Assembly (NCBI GenBank): GCA_963697585.1
Contig: CAVOOO010000004.1
Location: forward strand, 861,990 to 925,989
DNA: 64,000 bases
Reading direction: 5' to 3'
Origin: an uncultured Chloroflexia bacterium
GTDB taxonomy: Bacteria; Chloroflexota; Dormibacteria; Aeolococcales; Aeolococcaceae
In this document: in pieces, positions 48,040-57,681 of the stretch
Layout of the letters: each line of letters begins with the position of its first letter
Numbering within the stretch: the stretch's first letter is position 1
Notes under the pieces: model-generated
What the model saw: only the letters and a program-made list of their open reading frames with translations
Told to the model about the DNA's origin: nothing
Databases searched by the model: none
Made by a program: the position numbers and the translations under genes

Positions 48040-48507
48040 GTTCAGCCCGATCCGGAGAGGGTGAGCCCGGCCGCCCGGCTACGAACCGTCCCCGGCCCGA
48101 GACCTGAGCACGACGACTCGCGGACCCCGGCTCAACAGGAGGAGGGCGATGACCCCGACCAGCACTCCGGGCACCAGCAGGGGCCGGCGGCCGAGGAACT
48201 CCTCGAGCCGGGCGCGCGGCCCGTCCTGGCGCGGGAGGACGATCGGTCGCTCGGTGACCAGGTCGACCCGACCCCCCACCTCAGCCTCGTCGAGCGGCGC
48301 GGCCGCGGACATCGTCTCCATCGCTCTTTCTCCCCAAGCGCTGCGGGCCGCGCAATCCTACTCCCCCCGCGGCCGGCCGCGTGGGACCCCCCGGGTTCCC
48401 CACCGTCCAGGGCTGACCCGCCGGAGGGCTCGCCCACCTCGCCCCTGAAAACTTGAGTAACATCGTCGGGATTCTGGCGACGATCGCGCTGTGAGAGGAG
48501 AGCTCAG

Positions 48508-49362
48508 GTGGCCGATTACGCGCATCCCGAGGTCCTGGTCAGCACCGACTGGCTGGCGCGGCACCTGGAGGATCCCGACATCCGGATCCTCGAGGTGGAC
48601 TGGGACCCCGCCTCCGCCTACGAGCTGGGCCACATCCCCGGCGCGGCCCTCGTCGATTGGAAGCGGGACATCAACGACCCGGTGCGGCGCGACATCCTCT
48701 CGGGAGAGCAGTTCACCGGCCTCATGGGACGGCTGGGGGTGACCCCGCGGACCACCCTGGTCCTCTACGGCGACATGCGCAACTGGTTTGCCGCCTTCGC
48801 CTTCTGGACCTTCCGGATCCACGGGCATGCCGACATCCGGCTGCTCAACGGGGGCCGTCGCAAGTGGTTCGAGGAGGACCGCCCGGTCACCGAGGCGGTG
48901 CCCACCTTTCCGCCCGCCCAGTACCCGCTTCCCGAGCCCGCAGCCGGTCTCCGCGAGTTCCTCCCCGGGGTTCGCGCCATCCTCGGCGACCCCGGCCAGG
49001 GCCTGGTCGACGTCCGCTCCCCGGCGGAGTTCAGCGGGGCGATCTCCGCGCCCCCCGAGTACCAGAACGAGGGCGCTCAGCGCTCCGGCCACATCCCGGG
49101 GGCGGTCAACATCCCCTGGTCCCAGGCGATCCAGGACGACGACACCTTCAAGCCTCCGGAGCAGCTCCGCGACCTCTATGAGGCAAGGGGGGTGACGCCC
49201 GACAAGCGGATCGTCACCTACTGCCGGATCGGGGAGCGATCCTCGCACACCTGGTTCGTGCTGACCTACCTGCTCGGCTACCCGCGGGTCGCCAATTACG
49301 ACGGCTCCTGGAGCGAATGGGGCAACGCGGTCGGCGTTCCCGTCGAGAGAGCGGCCACCTAG
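48508..49362 (+). CDS. thiosulfate/3-mercaptopyruvate sulfurtransferase (paralog of 21575..22444)
   Basis: GTG start with GAGGAGAG SD. MADYAHPEVLVSTDWLARHL...CRIGERSSHTWFVL. About 80% identical to the first copy over the full length. Confidence 0.85.
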   Translation: MADYAHPEVLVSTDWLARHLEDPDIRILEVDWDPASAYELGHIPGAALVDWKRDINDPVRRDILSGEQFTGLMGRLGVTPRTTLVLYGDMRNWFAAFAFWTFRIHGHADIRLLNGGRRKWFEEDRPVTEAVPTFPPAQYPLPEPAAGLREFLPGVRAILGDPGQGLVDVRSPAEFSGAISAPPEYQNEGAQRSGHIPGAVNIPWSQAIQDDDTFKPPEQLRDLYEARGVTPDKRIVTYCRIGERSSHTWFVLTYLLGYPRVANYDGSWSEWGNAVGVPVERAAT

Positions 49363-49479
49363 CGGTGCGGGGCTCCGGGACCGGCTCGCCGTCCCCCCCG
49401 GGTTCGCGCGGGCGCCACCGGCGCGGTGGACGGGCACGGGTCCCGGCTTGCGGACGTGGGACGTAGACTGCCAGGCATC

Positions 49480-49719
49480 ATGGAGCCGCGGCGCCTCGAC
49501 CTCACCGGGGCTGACGAGGACTGCGGGGACAGCGCCCTCGGACGGGTGCGCCACGCCTACGCGCGCCTGGCGCCCGGGGATCGCCTCGAGGTGGTGACCA
49601 GGGTGGCCGAGCAGGCCTTCGGCATCCATGCATGGAGCCGGAGGGTGGGCGGTGAGGTCCTCGAGGAGGACCGCGCGGCGGGGTGCATCCGGCTGGTCCT
49701 CCGGCGTCCCCCCGGCTGA
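49480..49719 (+). CDS. small TusA/SirA-fold-like protein with CPxP replaced by CGDS
   Basis: 79 aa from the ATG at 49480: LDLTGADEDCGDSALGRVRHAYARLAPGDRLEVVTRVAEQAFGIHAWSRRVGGEVLEE is collinear with TusA (LDxxGLxCPxP...GevLevlatDp..xxDIpaW.kxxGhel). Confidence 0.5.
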   Translation: MEPRRLDLTGADEDCGDSALGRVRHAYARLAPGDRLEVVTRVAEQAFGIHAWSRRVGGEVLEEDRAAGCIRLVLRRPPG

Positions 49720-49733
49720 GCCTCCACGGTCCC

Positions 49734-51077
49734 ATGTGGCGCCGCCCGGTTCCCCCGCGAGGTGGAGGGCGGGTGCCGGTCGATCGCACCCCGAGGCGCC
49801 TTCCGGACGGCTTCCTGCTCGGCACCGCCAGCGCCGCCCATCAGGTCGAGGGCGGGCTGTGGAACGACTGGATGCGGATGGAGCGCGACGAGCCCTGGCG
49901 GATCGGAGACGGCGGCTCGGCGGAGCCGGCCATCGACCACTTCCACCGCTACCGGGAGGACCTGGAGATGCTCGCCGGGATGGGCCACAGCGCTCAGCGG
50001 TTCTCGGTGGAGTGGGCTCGCGTCGAGCCGGAGCCCGGACGCTTCGACCTCTCCGCCCTCCGCCACTACGCCGAGGTGGTGGGCACCTGCCGCCGGCTGG
50101 GCATGGAGCCGGTGGTCACCCTCCACCACTTCACCCTCCCGGTGTGGCTCGCCGACCGTGGCGGCGTGCTCGATCCCGAGGCACCCCGCCTCTTCGCCCG
50201 CTACGCGGCCGCCTGCGCCGAGGCCTTCGGTGATGACGTCCGCTGGTGGGTGACCATCAACGAGCCCAACGTCCTGTTCGCCCTCGCGTACGCGGAGGGG
50301 GTGTGGCCGCCGCATCGGCATTCCGCCGTGCTCGCCCTGCGGGCCGGCGTCGGGCTGCTCCGCATGCACGCGGCCGCGTCCCGCGCCCTCCATCAGATCG
50401 GTGCGGCGCATGGCCGGCAGGCGCTGGTCTCGATCGCGCACCACGAGCGGCCGGTGCGGGCTCGCCCCGGGTCGCCGCTCGCGTCCCTGGTCGCGCCGAT
50501 ACCCGACTGGGTCTTCAACCACTGGTTCCTGCTCAGCTGCATCCAGGGGCGGATCCTCCCTCCTGCCGGCGCCGGCCGGGTCGTACCGGACCTGGAGGGA
50601 TCACTCGACTACCTGGGGCTCAACTACTACACCGACGAGCGGGTGCGCTTCGACTGGCGGGCCCCCACCCGCCTCTTCGTGAGCCCGGACCCGGAGCCGT
50701 CGGTGCCGCGCAGCAGCCTGGGCTGGGCCATCGACCCGGGAGGGCTGCACCGGGCGCTGGTCTCGCTCTGGCAGAGGTTGGAGCTGCCCCTGATGGTCAC
50801 CGAGAACGGCGTCGCCGACGAGGACGACCGGCTGCGCCCGGGCTTCCTCACCGGTCACCTGGGGGCCGTGATGGACGCGATCGCGGACGGCGCCGACGTG
50901 CGCGGCTACCTCCACTGGACGGGCTTCGACAACTTCGAATGGCTGGAGGGGTACACCGCCAGGTTCGGCCTCGTCGCGGTCGACCGCGGCACCCTCGAGC
51001 GCCGCCCCAAGCCGAGCGCCGAGCTCTTCGCCCGGATCTGCCGGACCCGGATGATCCCGCCTGACGGACCGGTCTGA
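49734..51077 (+). CDS. GH1 beta-glucosidase
   Basis: ATG at 49734. FLLGTASAAHQVEGG, the acid/base motif TINEPN and the nucleophile motif TENG (in MVTENGVADED). Confidence 0.8.
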   Translation: MWRRPVPPRGGGRVPVDRTPRRLPDGFLLGTASAAHQVEGGLWNDWMRMERDEPWRIGDGGSAEPAIDHFHRYREDLEMLAGMGHSAQRFSVEWARVEPEPGRFDLSALRHYAEVVGTCRRLGMEPVVTLHHFTLPVWLADRGGVLDPEAPRLFARYAAACAEAFGDDVRWWVTINEPNVLFALAYAEGVWPPHRHSAVLALRAGVGLLRMHAAASRALHQIGAAHGRQALVSIAHHERPVRARPGSPLASLVAPIPDWVFNHWFLLSCIQGRILPPAGAGRVVPDLEGSLDYLGLNYYTDERVRFDWRAPTRLFVSPDPEPSVPRSSLGWAIDPGGLHRALVSLWQRLELPLMVTENGVADEDDRLRPGFLTGHLGAVMDAIADGADVRGYLHWTGFDNFEWLEGYTARFGLVAVDRGTLERRPKPSAELFARICRTRMIPPDGPV

Positions 51078-51195
51078 TCCCGGCCCCGGATGGGCCCCGC
51101 CGGCTGACGGCCCGCGATCCGCGTCTCGATGGCGCGGTTTCGAAATGGGCTCACGCTCCACGTCGGGCCACTGGCGCCCACCCGCCGGGCGGTGG

Positions 51196-51221
51196 TAGGA
51201 TCGCGCGAAGTAAGCGCTTAC
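51196..51221 (+). promoter_or_regulatory. -10-like TAGGAT followed by the perfect 12-bp palindrome GTAAGCGCTTAC (cre/LacI-family operator-like)
   Basis: gtaagcgcttac at 51210-51221 is identical to the core of the ideal cre TGTAAGCGCTTACA. It lies about 100 bp upstream of the BadF-kinase gene. Confidence 0.4.
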
Positions 51222-51322
51222 TCACGGGGACGCGGCCAGGAGAGAGCGGACCGGGGAGCGGACGTCGATGAGGCACACCAGTGGAGGCGCGGGATGGTGA
51301 CCCACCAGCGGGTCGGTCGGCG

Positions 51323-52357
51323 ATGAGCGAGGAGCGGGCGATCCTCGCCGTGGCCGGCGACAACACCAAGACGGACGTTGCCATCGTGGATCCGGACGGG
51401 ACGCTGCGCGCGGCGGTGCGCGGGCCCGGCGCCTCACCCGACCTGCTCGGTCTGGAGACCTCACTCCACCGCCTGGGGGCGGCGATCGATCAGGCCTGGA
51501 GGGCCGCTCACGTGGCCGCGCGTCCGGTGCGTGCCGCGATCGGCGTCTACTTCCTGGCCGGCCTCAACTCACCGGCGGCCGAGGCCAGGGTCAGCCAGGC
51601 GATCGAGGCTCGTGGATGGTCGGCGGCCGTGCAGGTTGCCAATGATGTCTTCGGGAGTCTCTGGGCGGCGAACGGCAAGGGGGAGGGGGTGGCGGTGTTC
51701 ATCGGGGCGGGCATCAACTGCGTCGGCCGGCTGAAGTCGGATGCGCGGGCTCGCTTTGCGTGCCTCGGACCTCTGAGCGGTGATTCGGGGGACGGGCACT
51801 CCCTCGGCACTGCGGCGATCGCCGCGGCTGTCCGCGCGGAGGACGGTCGCGGCCCGCAGACGGCCCTCGGCCGGAGCATCGCGCTCTACTTCGGCCGCGC
51901 GACCGCCGGTGAGGTCGCGCTGGCATTGCACGATGGAGAGATCCCCGATGATCACGTGCTCGAGGTGGTGCCGCTGGTCATCAACGCGGCCGCCCTGCAC
52001 GACGAGGTCGCCGAGGGTCTGCTCGACGCCCAGGCCGAGGAGGTGGGCCGCTACGTGGTGGCTGCGGCCGGCCAGCTGGGGATCGGCTCGGAGCCGTTCG
52101 ACACCGTCCTCTCCGGGTCGATGGCGGGTGGTGAGGACTGGCCCACGGTGACCCGGATTCGCCGCAGCCTTGCGGACGCCATGCCACAGGCCCGGATCGT
52201 CATCTCGACGGCGCTGCCCGTGGTGGGGGCGGCCCTCGCGGGTCTCGCCTTCATCGCCGCCGACGACGCGGCGCGGGTCCGGATCCGGACCAGTCTCAAC
52301 GCCCGCGCGCTTCAGGTCGTCGGGGGATCGGCGTATCTCAACCTTCCGGGGCAGTGA
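51323..52357 (+). CDS. BadF/BadG/BcrA/BcrD-type ATPase (N-acetylglucosamine/sugar kinase-like)
   Basis: ATG at 51323: AILAVAGDNTKTDVAIVD phosphate-1 motif, GAGINCVG, actin-like ATPase fold. Confidence 0.65.
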   Translation: MSEERAILAVAGDNTKTDVAIVDPDGTLRAAVRGPGASPDLLGLETSLHRLGAAIDQAWRAAHVAARPVRAAIGVYFLAGLNSPAAEARVSQAIEARGWSAAVQVANDVFGSLWAANGKGEGVAVFIGAGINCVGRLKSDARARFACLGPLSGDSGDGHSLGTAAIAAAVRAEDGRGPQTALGRSIALYFGRATAGEVALALHDGEIPDDHVLEVVPLVINAAALHDEVAEGLLDAQAEEVGRYVVAAAGQLGIGSEPFDTVLSGSMAGGEDWPTVTRIRRSLADAMPQARIVISTALPVVGAALAGLAFIAADDAARVRIRTSLNARALQVVGGSAYLNLPGQ

Positions 52358-52476
52358 CGGAGCCTGCCGGTCGGGGGCGACCGTATCCTTGAGGCTGTGT
52401 GGCGAGCAGGCGTCTCCGAGGGTCTGGGGGCCCGGCTCCCGACCCGCATCGGGTGGCGCACGGTCGCGGGCGACCG

Positions 52477-55400
52477 ATGACCCGCCAGTACGTGGGCGCC
52501 TCACGCCTCAAGGTCCGTGCCGCGCACCCGGCCGGAGGCCTGGTCGAGGTCGGCGGCGAGCTCTGCTACCGCATCGTCGATCAGGATGCGATGCCGCCCT
52601 TCCTGATGAGCGTGGTCAGCGACTCGAACCACTGGCTCTTCCTCTCCAGCAACGGCGCCCTCACCGCCGGCCGCCGGGATCCTGACCACGCGCTGTTCCC
52701 ATATCAGACCGACGACCGCATCCACGACAGCCAGGACCAGGTGGGCGGGAAGACCGTCCTCCGGGTCGGGAGGCGGGGCCGGGTCCAGCTCTGGGAGCCG
52801 TTCTGCTCACGCCACGCCGGCATCCACGAGATCACTCGCAGCGTCTCCAAGAGCGTCTACGGCAACCGGGTGGTGTTCGAGGAGCTCAACCACGATCTCG
52901 GCCTGCGCTTCGCCGCGACCTGGATGACCAGCGAGCGCTTCGGGTTCGTCCGGCGAGCCGCCCTCCTCAATCTCACCCCGGAGGCCGTGGAGGTCGACGT
53001 GGTCGATGGGATCCAGAACGTGCTGCCCGATGGCTTGACGCGCGCGTTCCAGATGGAGTTCAGCACCCTCGCGGATGCCTACAAGGAGAATGAGCTCGAC
53101 CCCGCCAGTGGACTGGCCCTGTTTCGCCTGAGCGCCATCCCGACTGACCGGAATGAGCCCAACGAGGCCCTGCGGACGACCACGGTATGGTCGGAGGGGA
53201 TCCGTCCTGCCTGCCGGCTCCTCTCCTCGACGCAGCTCGACCGCTTCCGCGACGGCCTGGACGTCGAGGCCGAGACCTTCATCCGGGGTCGCCGGGGCGC
53301 ATACCTGCTCGTCGCCCCGATCGCGCTCTCGGGGCACGAGGAGCGCGAGTGGAGCGTGGTGGCGGATGTGGGCCGGGACGCCGCGTCGGTTGCCGAGCTC
53401 ATCGGGCTCCTCGAGTCGGGTGCCGATCTCCGCGCCGAGCTGGACGAGGACATCCGGCTGGGCACCCGCAACCTGATCCGCATCGTGGCCAGCATCGACG
53501 GCCTCCAGCTCACCGGCGACGAGCTGGCCAGCTGGCGTCACTTCTCCAACGCCCTCTTCAACGCCATGCGCGGCGGCGTACCCGGCGGCGGCTACGAGAT
53601 CTCGAGCTCCGACCTCCGGTCGTACCTTCGCTCCGCCAGCCAGGCGGTGTCGGCGCGGGACGCCGGCGTCCTCGAGGCGCTCCCCCCGGCGCTCCCGCAC
53701 CGCAGCCTGCTCGAGCTGCCGGGTGTCGCGGCGGATGGTGATCTCGAGCGCCTGGTCAACGAGTACCTGCCGCTGACCTTCAGCCGGCGGCACGGCGATC
53801 CCAGCCGGCCGTGGAACACCTTCTCCATCGAGCTGAAGGCCGCCGATGGGGGCCGGCTGCTCAACTACGAGGGGAACTGGCGCGACATCTTCCAGAACTG
53901 GGAGGCGCTGGCCCTGTCGTTCCCCGGCTACGTCGAGAGCATGATCTTCAAGTTCCTCGACGCGTCGACCGCCGACGGCTACAACCCGTACCACATCGCG
54001 CGTGACGGCTTCGATTGGGAGGTGGTCGACTCCGCCAGTCCGTGGTCGCACATCGGGTACTGGGGAGATCACCAGGTCGTCTATCTACTGCGACTGCTCG
54101 AGGTCTCCTCCCGCTATCATCCCGGCGCCCTCGAACGGCTGCTCGATCGACGCGTCTTCGCCTACGCGGACCTCCCCTACCGCATCAAGGCACACAACGC
54201 CATGTTGCGCGACCCCTCCCGCACGATCGATTTCGACGTCGACCTCGACCACCGGATCAGGACGCGCGCCGCCGCTGCCGGAGCCGACGGCAAGCTCCTT
54301 CCCGGGCCGGATGGGGCCCCCTGTCACGCGAATCTGACCGAGAAGCTGCTCATCTGCGTGCTGGCCAGGCTCTTCAACTACATACCGGAGGCCGGGGTGT
54401 GGATGAACACCCAGCGCCCGGAGTGGAACGACGCCAACAACGCCCTGGTCGGGAACGGCGTCTCGGTCGTCACGCTCTGCCAGTTGCGCCGGCTGGTGGC
54501 CTTCTGCGCGCACCTCTTCCGCTCGGCGCGGTCCGGGGAGCTCGAGGTGGCCTCGGAGGTCGCGGACGCTCTCCGGCAGGTGGCGGTCGGGCTGGAGGCG
54601 CGCGCCGCGGCTGCTGACGGTCCGGTCTCCGACCGCGAGCGCGGGGCGGTGCTCGACCTCCTGGGAGCGGCGGGCAGCGCCTATCGGCAGCGGTTGTATG
54701 CGAGGGGATTCACGGGGGAGCGCACCCTCCTGGGCGTCGCCGAGCTGGGATCCTTCTGCGACCTGGCCCTGGCCCATATTGACGGCTCGATCCGCGCCAA
54801 CCGGCGCGACGACGGCCTCTTCCACGCCTACAACCTCATGGAGGTCTCCGAGGACGGGATCGCCATCCGCCGTCTCGACGAGATGCTCGAGGGACAGGTG
54901 GCGGTGCTGGGGTCCGGCACGCTCTGCGCGCGTGAATGCGCCGACGTCCTCGATGCCCTGCGCGAGAGCCGCCTGTATCGCGCCGATCAGGAGAGCTACC
55001 TGCTCTACCCCGACCGCAAGCTTCCCGGATTCCTCGAGAAGAACAGCCTGACGCCGGCCGCACTGCTCAGCTCGAAGGTCGTGACCGGGATGGTGGAACG
55101 CGGCGACGACCTGATCGTGCAGCGCGATGTGAACGGGGTCGTTCACTTCCGCGCCGACCTGCACAACCGTCACCTCGTCGAGCGGGCTCTGGCCGGGCGC
55201 CACCTCCCGGACGCGGAGGTGGCGGAGATCCTGGCCCTGTACGAGTCGGTCTTCCACCATCGGGCGTTCACCGGCCGTTCCGGGGCCTTCTATAAGTACG
55301 AGGGTCTCGGGTGCATCTACTGGCACATGGTCTCCAAGCTGCTCCTGGCGGTTCAGGAGGTGCTGATCTCGGCGGCGGGCGAGCCCGGGGGGGAGGCCGT

Positions 55401-55917
55401 GTTCGAGCGGCTGCGGCGCCAGTACAGCGCAATCCGAGCCGGTCTCGGCCTTCACAAGACCCCGGAGGTCTACGGGGCCATGCCGCTCGATCCGTACTCC
55501 CACACGCCCAGCTTCGCGGGGGCGCAGCAGCCGGGGATGACCGGACAGGTCAAGGAGGACCTCATCATCCGGCTCGGTGAGATGGGGGTTCGGGTGGAGG
55601 AGGGGCGGTTGATCTTCCAGCCCCGGCTGGCCACCCGCACGGAGTTCCTGACCGAGCCACGGACCTTCCGGTTCATCGACGTCGACGGCCACGAGGCCAG
55701 CCTCGGTCTCGAGATCGGGACCCTCGCCTTCACCGCCTGCCAGGTCCCGGTTGTCGCCCATCGTGGCGGGCCTGCGCGGGTCGAGCTGACACCTCGCGAG
55801 GGCCGCCCTCGCGTGATCGCCGGCCTGGCTCTGGACCCCGCGACCAGTGGCGCCATCTTCGAGCGAACCGGCGATGTGCGCCGTCTCGACGTCTACTGGG
55901 GCTTCCCCGAGGGATAG
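52477..55917 (+). CDS. large (1147-aa) uncharacterized protein with GH94-clan-like (alpha/alpha)6 phosphorylase/hydrolase signature
   Basis: ATG at 52477. Contains RPEWNDANNALVGNG (compare [11 protein letters not shown] in the GH94 gene at 44466), GYWGDHQVVYLLRLLE and YNPYHIARDGFDWE. No confident family assignment is possible from sequence alone. Confidence 0.6.
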   Translation: MTRQYVGASRLKVRAAHPAGGLVEVGGELCYRIVDQDAMPPFLMSVVSDSNHWLFLSSNGALTAGRRDPDHALFPYQTDDRIHDSQDQVGGKTVLRVGRRGRVQLWEPFCSRHAGIHEITRSVSKSVYGNRVVFEELNHDLGLRFAATWMTSERFGFVRRAALLNLTPEAVEVDVVDGIQNVLPDGLTRAFQMEFSTLADAYKENELDPASGLALFRLSAIPTDRNEPNEALRTTTVWSEGIRPACRLLSSTQLDRFRDGLDVEAETFIRGRRGAYLLVAPIALSGHEEREWSVVADVGRDAASVAELIGLLESGADLRAELDEDIRLGTRNLIRIVASIDGLQLTGDELASWRHFSNALFNAMRGGVPGGGYEISSSDLRSYLRSASQAVSARDAGVLEALPPALPHRSLLELPGVAADGDLERLVNEYLPLTFSRRHGDPSRPWNTFSIELKAADGGRLLNYEGNWRDIFQNWEALALSFPGYVESMIFKFLDASTADGYNPYHIARDGFDWEVVDSASPWSHIGYWGDHQVVYLLRLLEVSSRYHPGALERLLDRRVFAYADLPYRIKAHNAMLRDPSRTIDFDVDLDHRIRTRAAAAGADGKLLPGPDGAPCHANLTEKLLICVLARLFNYIPEAGVWMNTQRPEWNDANNALVGNGVSVVTLCQLRRLVAFCAHLFRSARSGELEVASEVADALRQVAVGLEARAAAADGPVSDRERGAVLDLLGAAGSAYRQRLYARGFTGERTLLGVAELGSFCDLALAHIDGSIRANRRDDGLFHAYNLMEVSEDGIAIRRLDEMLEGQVAVLGSGTLCARECADVLDALRESRLYRADQESYLLYPDRKLPGFLEKNSLTPAALLSSKVVTGMVERGDDLIVQRDVNGVVHFRADLHNRHLVERALAGRHLPDAEVAEILALYESVFHHRAFTGRSGAFYKYEGLGCIYWHMVSKLLLAVQEVLISAAGEPGGEAVFERLRRQYSAIRAGLGLHKTPEVYGAMPLDPYSHTPSFAGAQQPGMTGQVKEDLIIRLGEMGVRVEEGRLIFQPRLATRTEFLTEPRTFRFIDVDGHEASLGLEIGTLAFTACQVPVVAHRGGPARVELTPREGRPRVIAGLALDPATSGAIFERTGDVRRLDVYWGFPEG

Positions 55918-55943
55918 CGGGGCCGGAGCGGAGGAGGACGCGG

Positions 55944-56546
55944 ATGACCCAGAGGGAGCTCAACCGCGGAGCGCTCAGCCAGCGGTTCGTGGCGGCGCTC
56001 GATGTCATGGAGCGGGCCCTGCTCGCTTGCCCCGAGGAGCTGTGGGCCGCCAGCGTCTGGCCTGTGCGGCGGACGGACCCCTGGGTGTAGCCGCGGGACG
56101 GTGTCTCTCCCATCACTGAGCGCACCGATGAGTCGATCCAGCAGCTCTCGGGCTTCTGCAACGTCGCGTATCACTGCCTCTGGTTCCTCGACTTCTACGT
56201 CACCACAGAAGTGGCCGGATTCCAGAGCCCTGAGTACGTTCGCGGTGGTCCCGAGGAGCAGGGGATGGCCGCCGATGGGGCGGTGCCCGTCCCGGTGAGG
56301 CCGTGCTATCCGCGCGAGGTCCTGCTCGCCTACCTCAACCACGGTCGGGACCGCGTGCTGGAGCGGATCGCCAAGGCCACCACGGCCGACCTGGCGGCAG
56401 CCTGCCCGCGCGGGCATCCGCATCACGGGAAGTCGCTGCGCCAGCTCCTGGAGGTGAACCTCGACCACGTCCGTGAGCACGGCGGCCAGATGACGGCCTT
56501 CCTGGAAGGGCGCGTGTCGACGGCTGAGGGACACTCGCGCTCCTGA
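55944..56546 (+). pseudogene. DinB/YfiT-family (DinB_2-like) protein gene with an in-frame TAG at 56088-56090
   Basis: One frame from the ATG at 55944 to the TGA at 56544-56546 (200 codons) encodes a protein ending in the DinB-like motifs HPHHGKSLRQLLEVNLDHVREHGGQ. Codon 49 is an amber stop (..DPWV*PRDG..). Confidence 0.5.
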
Positions 56547-56631
56547 CACCCGGGCTGCCGGCCACCCCCGAGGCCGCAGCCCTGTGTGGCGCCGCCCATC
56601 TCCTAGCGGGCTCAGGGCGCGCGGCGTCCCT

Positions 56632-57681
56632 TCACATCGCGGAACAGCCGCAGCTCTCCCGAACCACCGGTTCGGCCGGGAGGAGGATGTCCTGAGCCCC
56701 GTCGGCCCCGGTGATGACCCGGTGGAGGAGGTCGAATGCGCTCGCCCCCATCTCTCGGATCGGTTGACGCACGGTCGTGAGCGTGGGCCGCAGGTGTCGG
56801 GCGAAGGCGAGATCGTCGAAGCCGGTGACCGCCACGTCCTCCGGGACCCGCACCCCATGCCTGCCCAGGGCGTGCATGACCCCGAGAGCGGTCTGGTCAT
56901 TGGCGCAGACGACGCACCGGGGGAGAGGGACACCCGCCGCCAGGAGCGCGGAGATGGCTCTGGCCCCACCGCCGGCGCTGTAGTCGCCGACCCACTCCGG
57001 CCCCTGGAGCAGCTGGCACCCGTGCTCCTTCGCCTCCAGTGCCACCGCTCGCGCGCGCGCCCTGTTGTCGGGGCTGTCCCGGTGCCCCGACACGTACCCG
57101 AGACTGCGGAAGCCGTGCTCCAGAGCCAGGTGCCGCACCAGAGCTCGCATCCCGCCCTCGTTGTCACAGCGAACGCTCAGAACCCCGGGGGCCGGCTTTC
57201 CGGCCAGGGTGACGATCGGGGTCAGGGCGGCCAGGCGGGCGAGCTGCGCCGACGAGATCACGCGGTCGTGGATGATCAGCCCATCCGCCTTGCGCGCCAG
57301 CACCTGCAGCCTGGTGGCGGCGTCGCCACCGCTGACCAGCGAGATGAGAACGTCGAAGCCGACCAGGTGCGCCGAGGTCTGGATGCCCCGATTGACGATC
57401 TCGTCGAAGAGCGGGCTCTCGTCCTCCCCCGCGAAGCCGGCCTGCTCGCCGCGGCGGAACACCACGCCGACGACCTCCTTCAGCCCGCGGGAGAGTGCGA
57501 GGGCGGCCCCGTCCGGCACGTAGCTGAGCTCTCGGACGGCCTTCATGACGCGCTCACGCGTGTCGTCCGTCGGCTTGCCTCGCTGGTTGAGGACGCGCGA
57601 CACCGAGGCAATCGACAGACCGGCACGGTCGGCGACGTCGTAGATGGTTGCGCTCTCTCGCTGCCTCGGGGTCACTTCCAC
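56632..57681 (-). CDS. LacI-family transcriptional regulator (second copy)
   Basis: ORF track 56632..58458; only the 3' part is protein-like. The GTG start is at 57681 or 57675 (ATIYDVADRAGLSIASVSRVLN HTH), followed by a sugar-binding domain. Confidence 0.8.
   Translation of the reverse strand: MEVTPRQRESATIYDVADRAGLSIASVSRVLNQRGKPTDDTRERVMKAVRELSYVPDGAALALSRGLKEVVGVVFRRGEQAGFAGEDESPLFDEIVNRGIQTSAHLVGFDVLISLVSGGDAATRLQVLARKADGLIIHDRVISSAQLARLAALTPIVTLAGKPAPGVLSVRCDNEGGMRALVRHLALEHGFRSLGYVSGHRDSPDNRARARAVALEAKEHGCQLLQGPEWVGDYSAGGGARAISALLAAGVPLPRCVVCANDQTALGVMHALGRHGVRVPEDVAVTGFDDLAFARHLRPTLTTVRQPIREMGASAFDLLHRVITGADGAQDILLPAEPVVRESCGCSAM

Noticed and set aside
48079-48321. 80-aa minus-strand ORF with one TM segment between hisC-like and rhodanese-2
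   Set aside because: It could be real, but it has no SD, no conserved features and overlaps a likely promoter region. Left uncalled.
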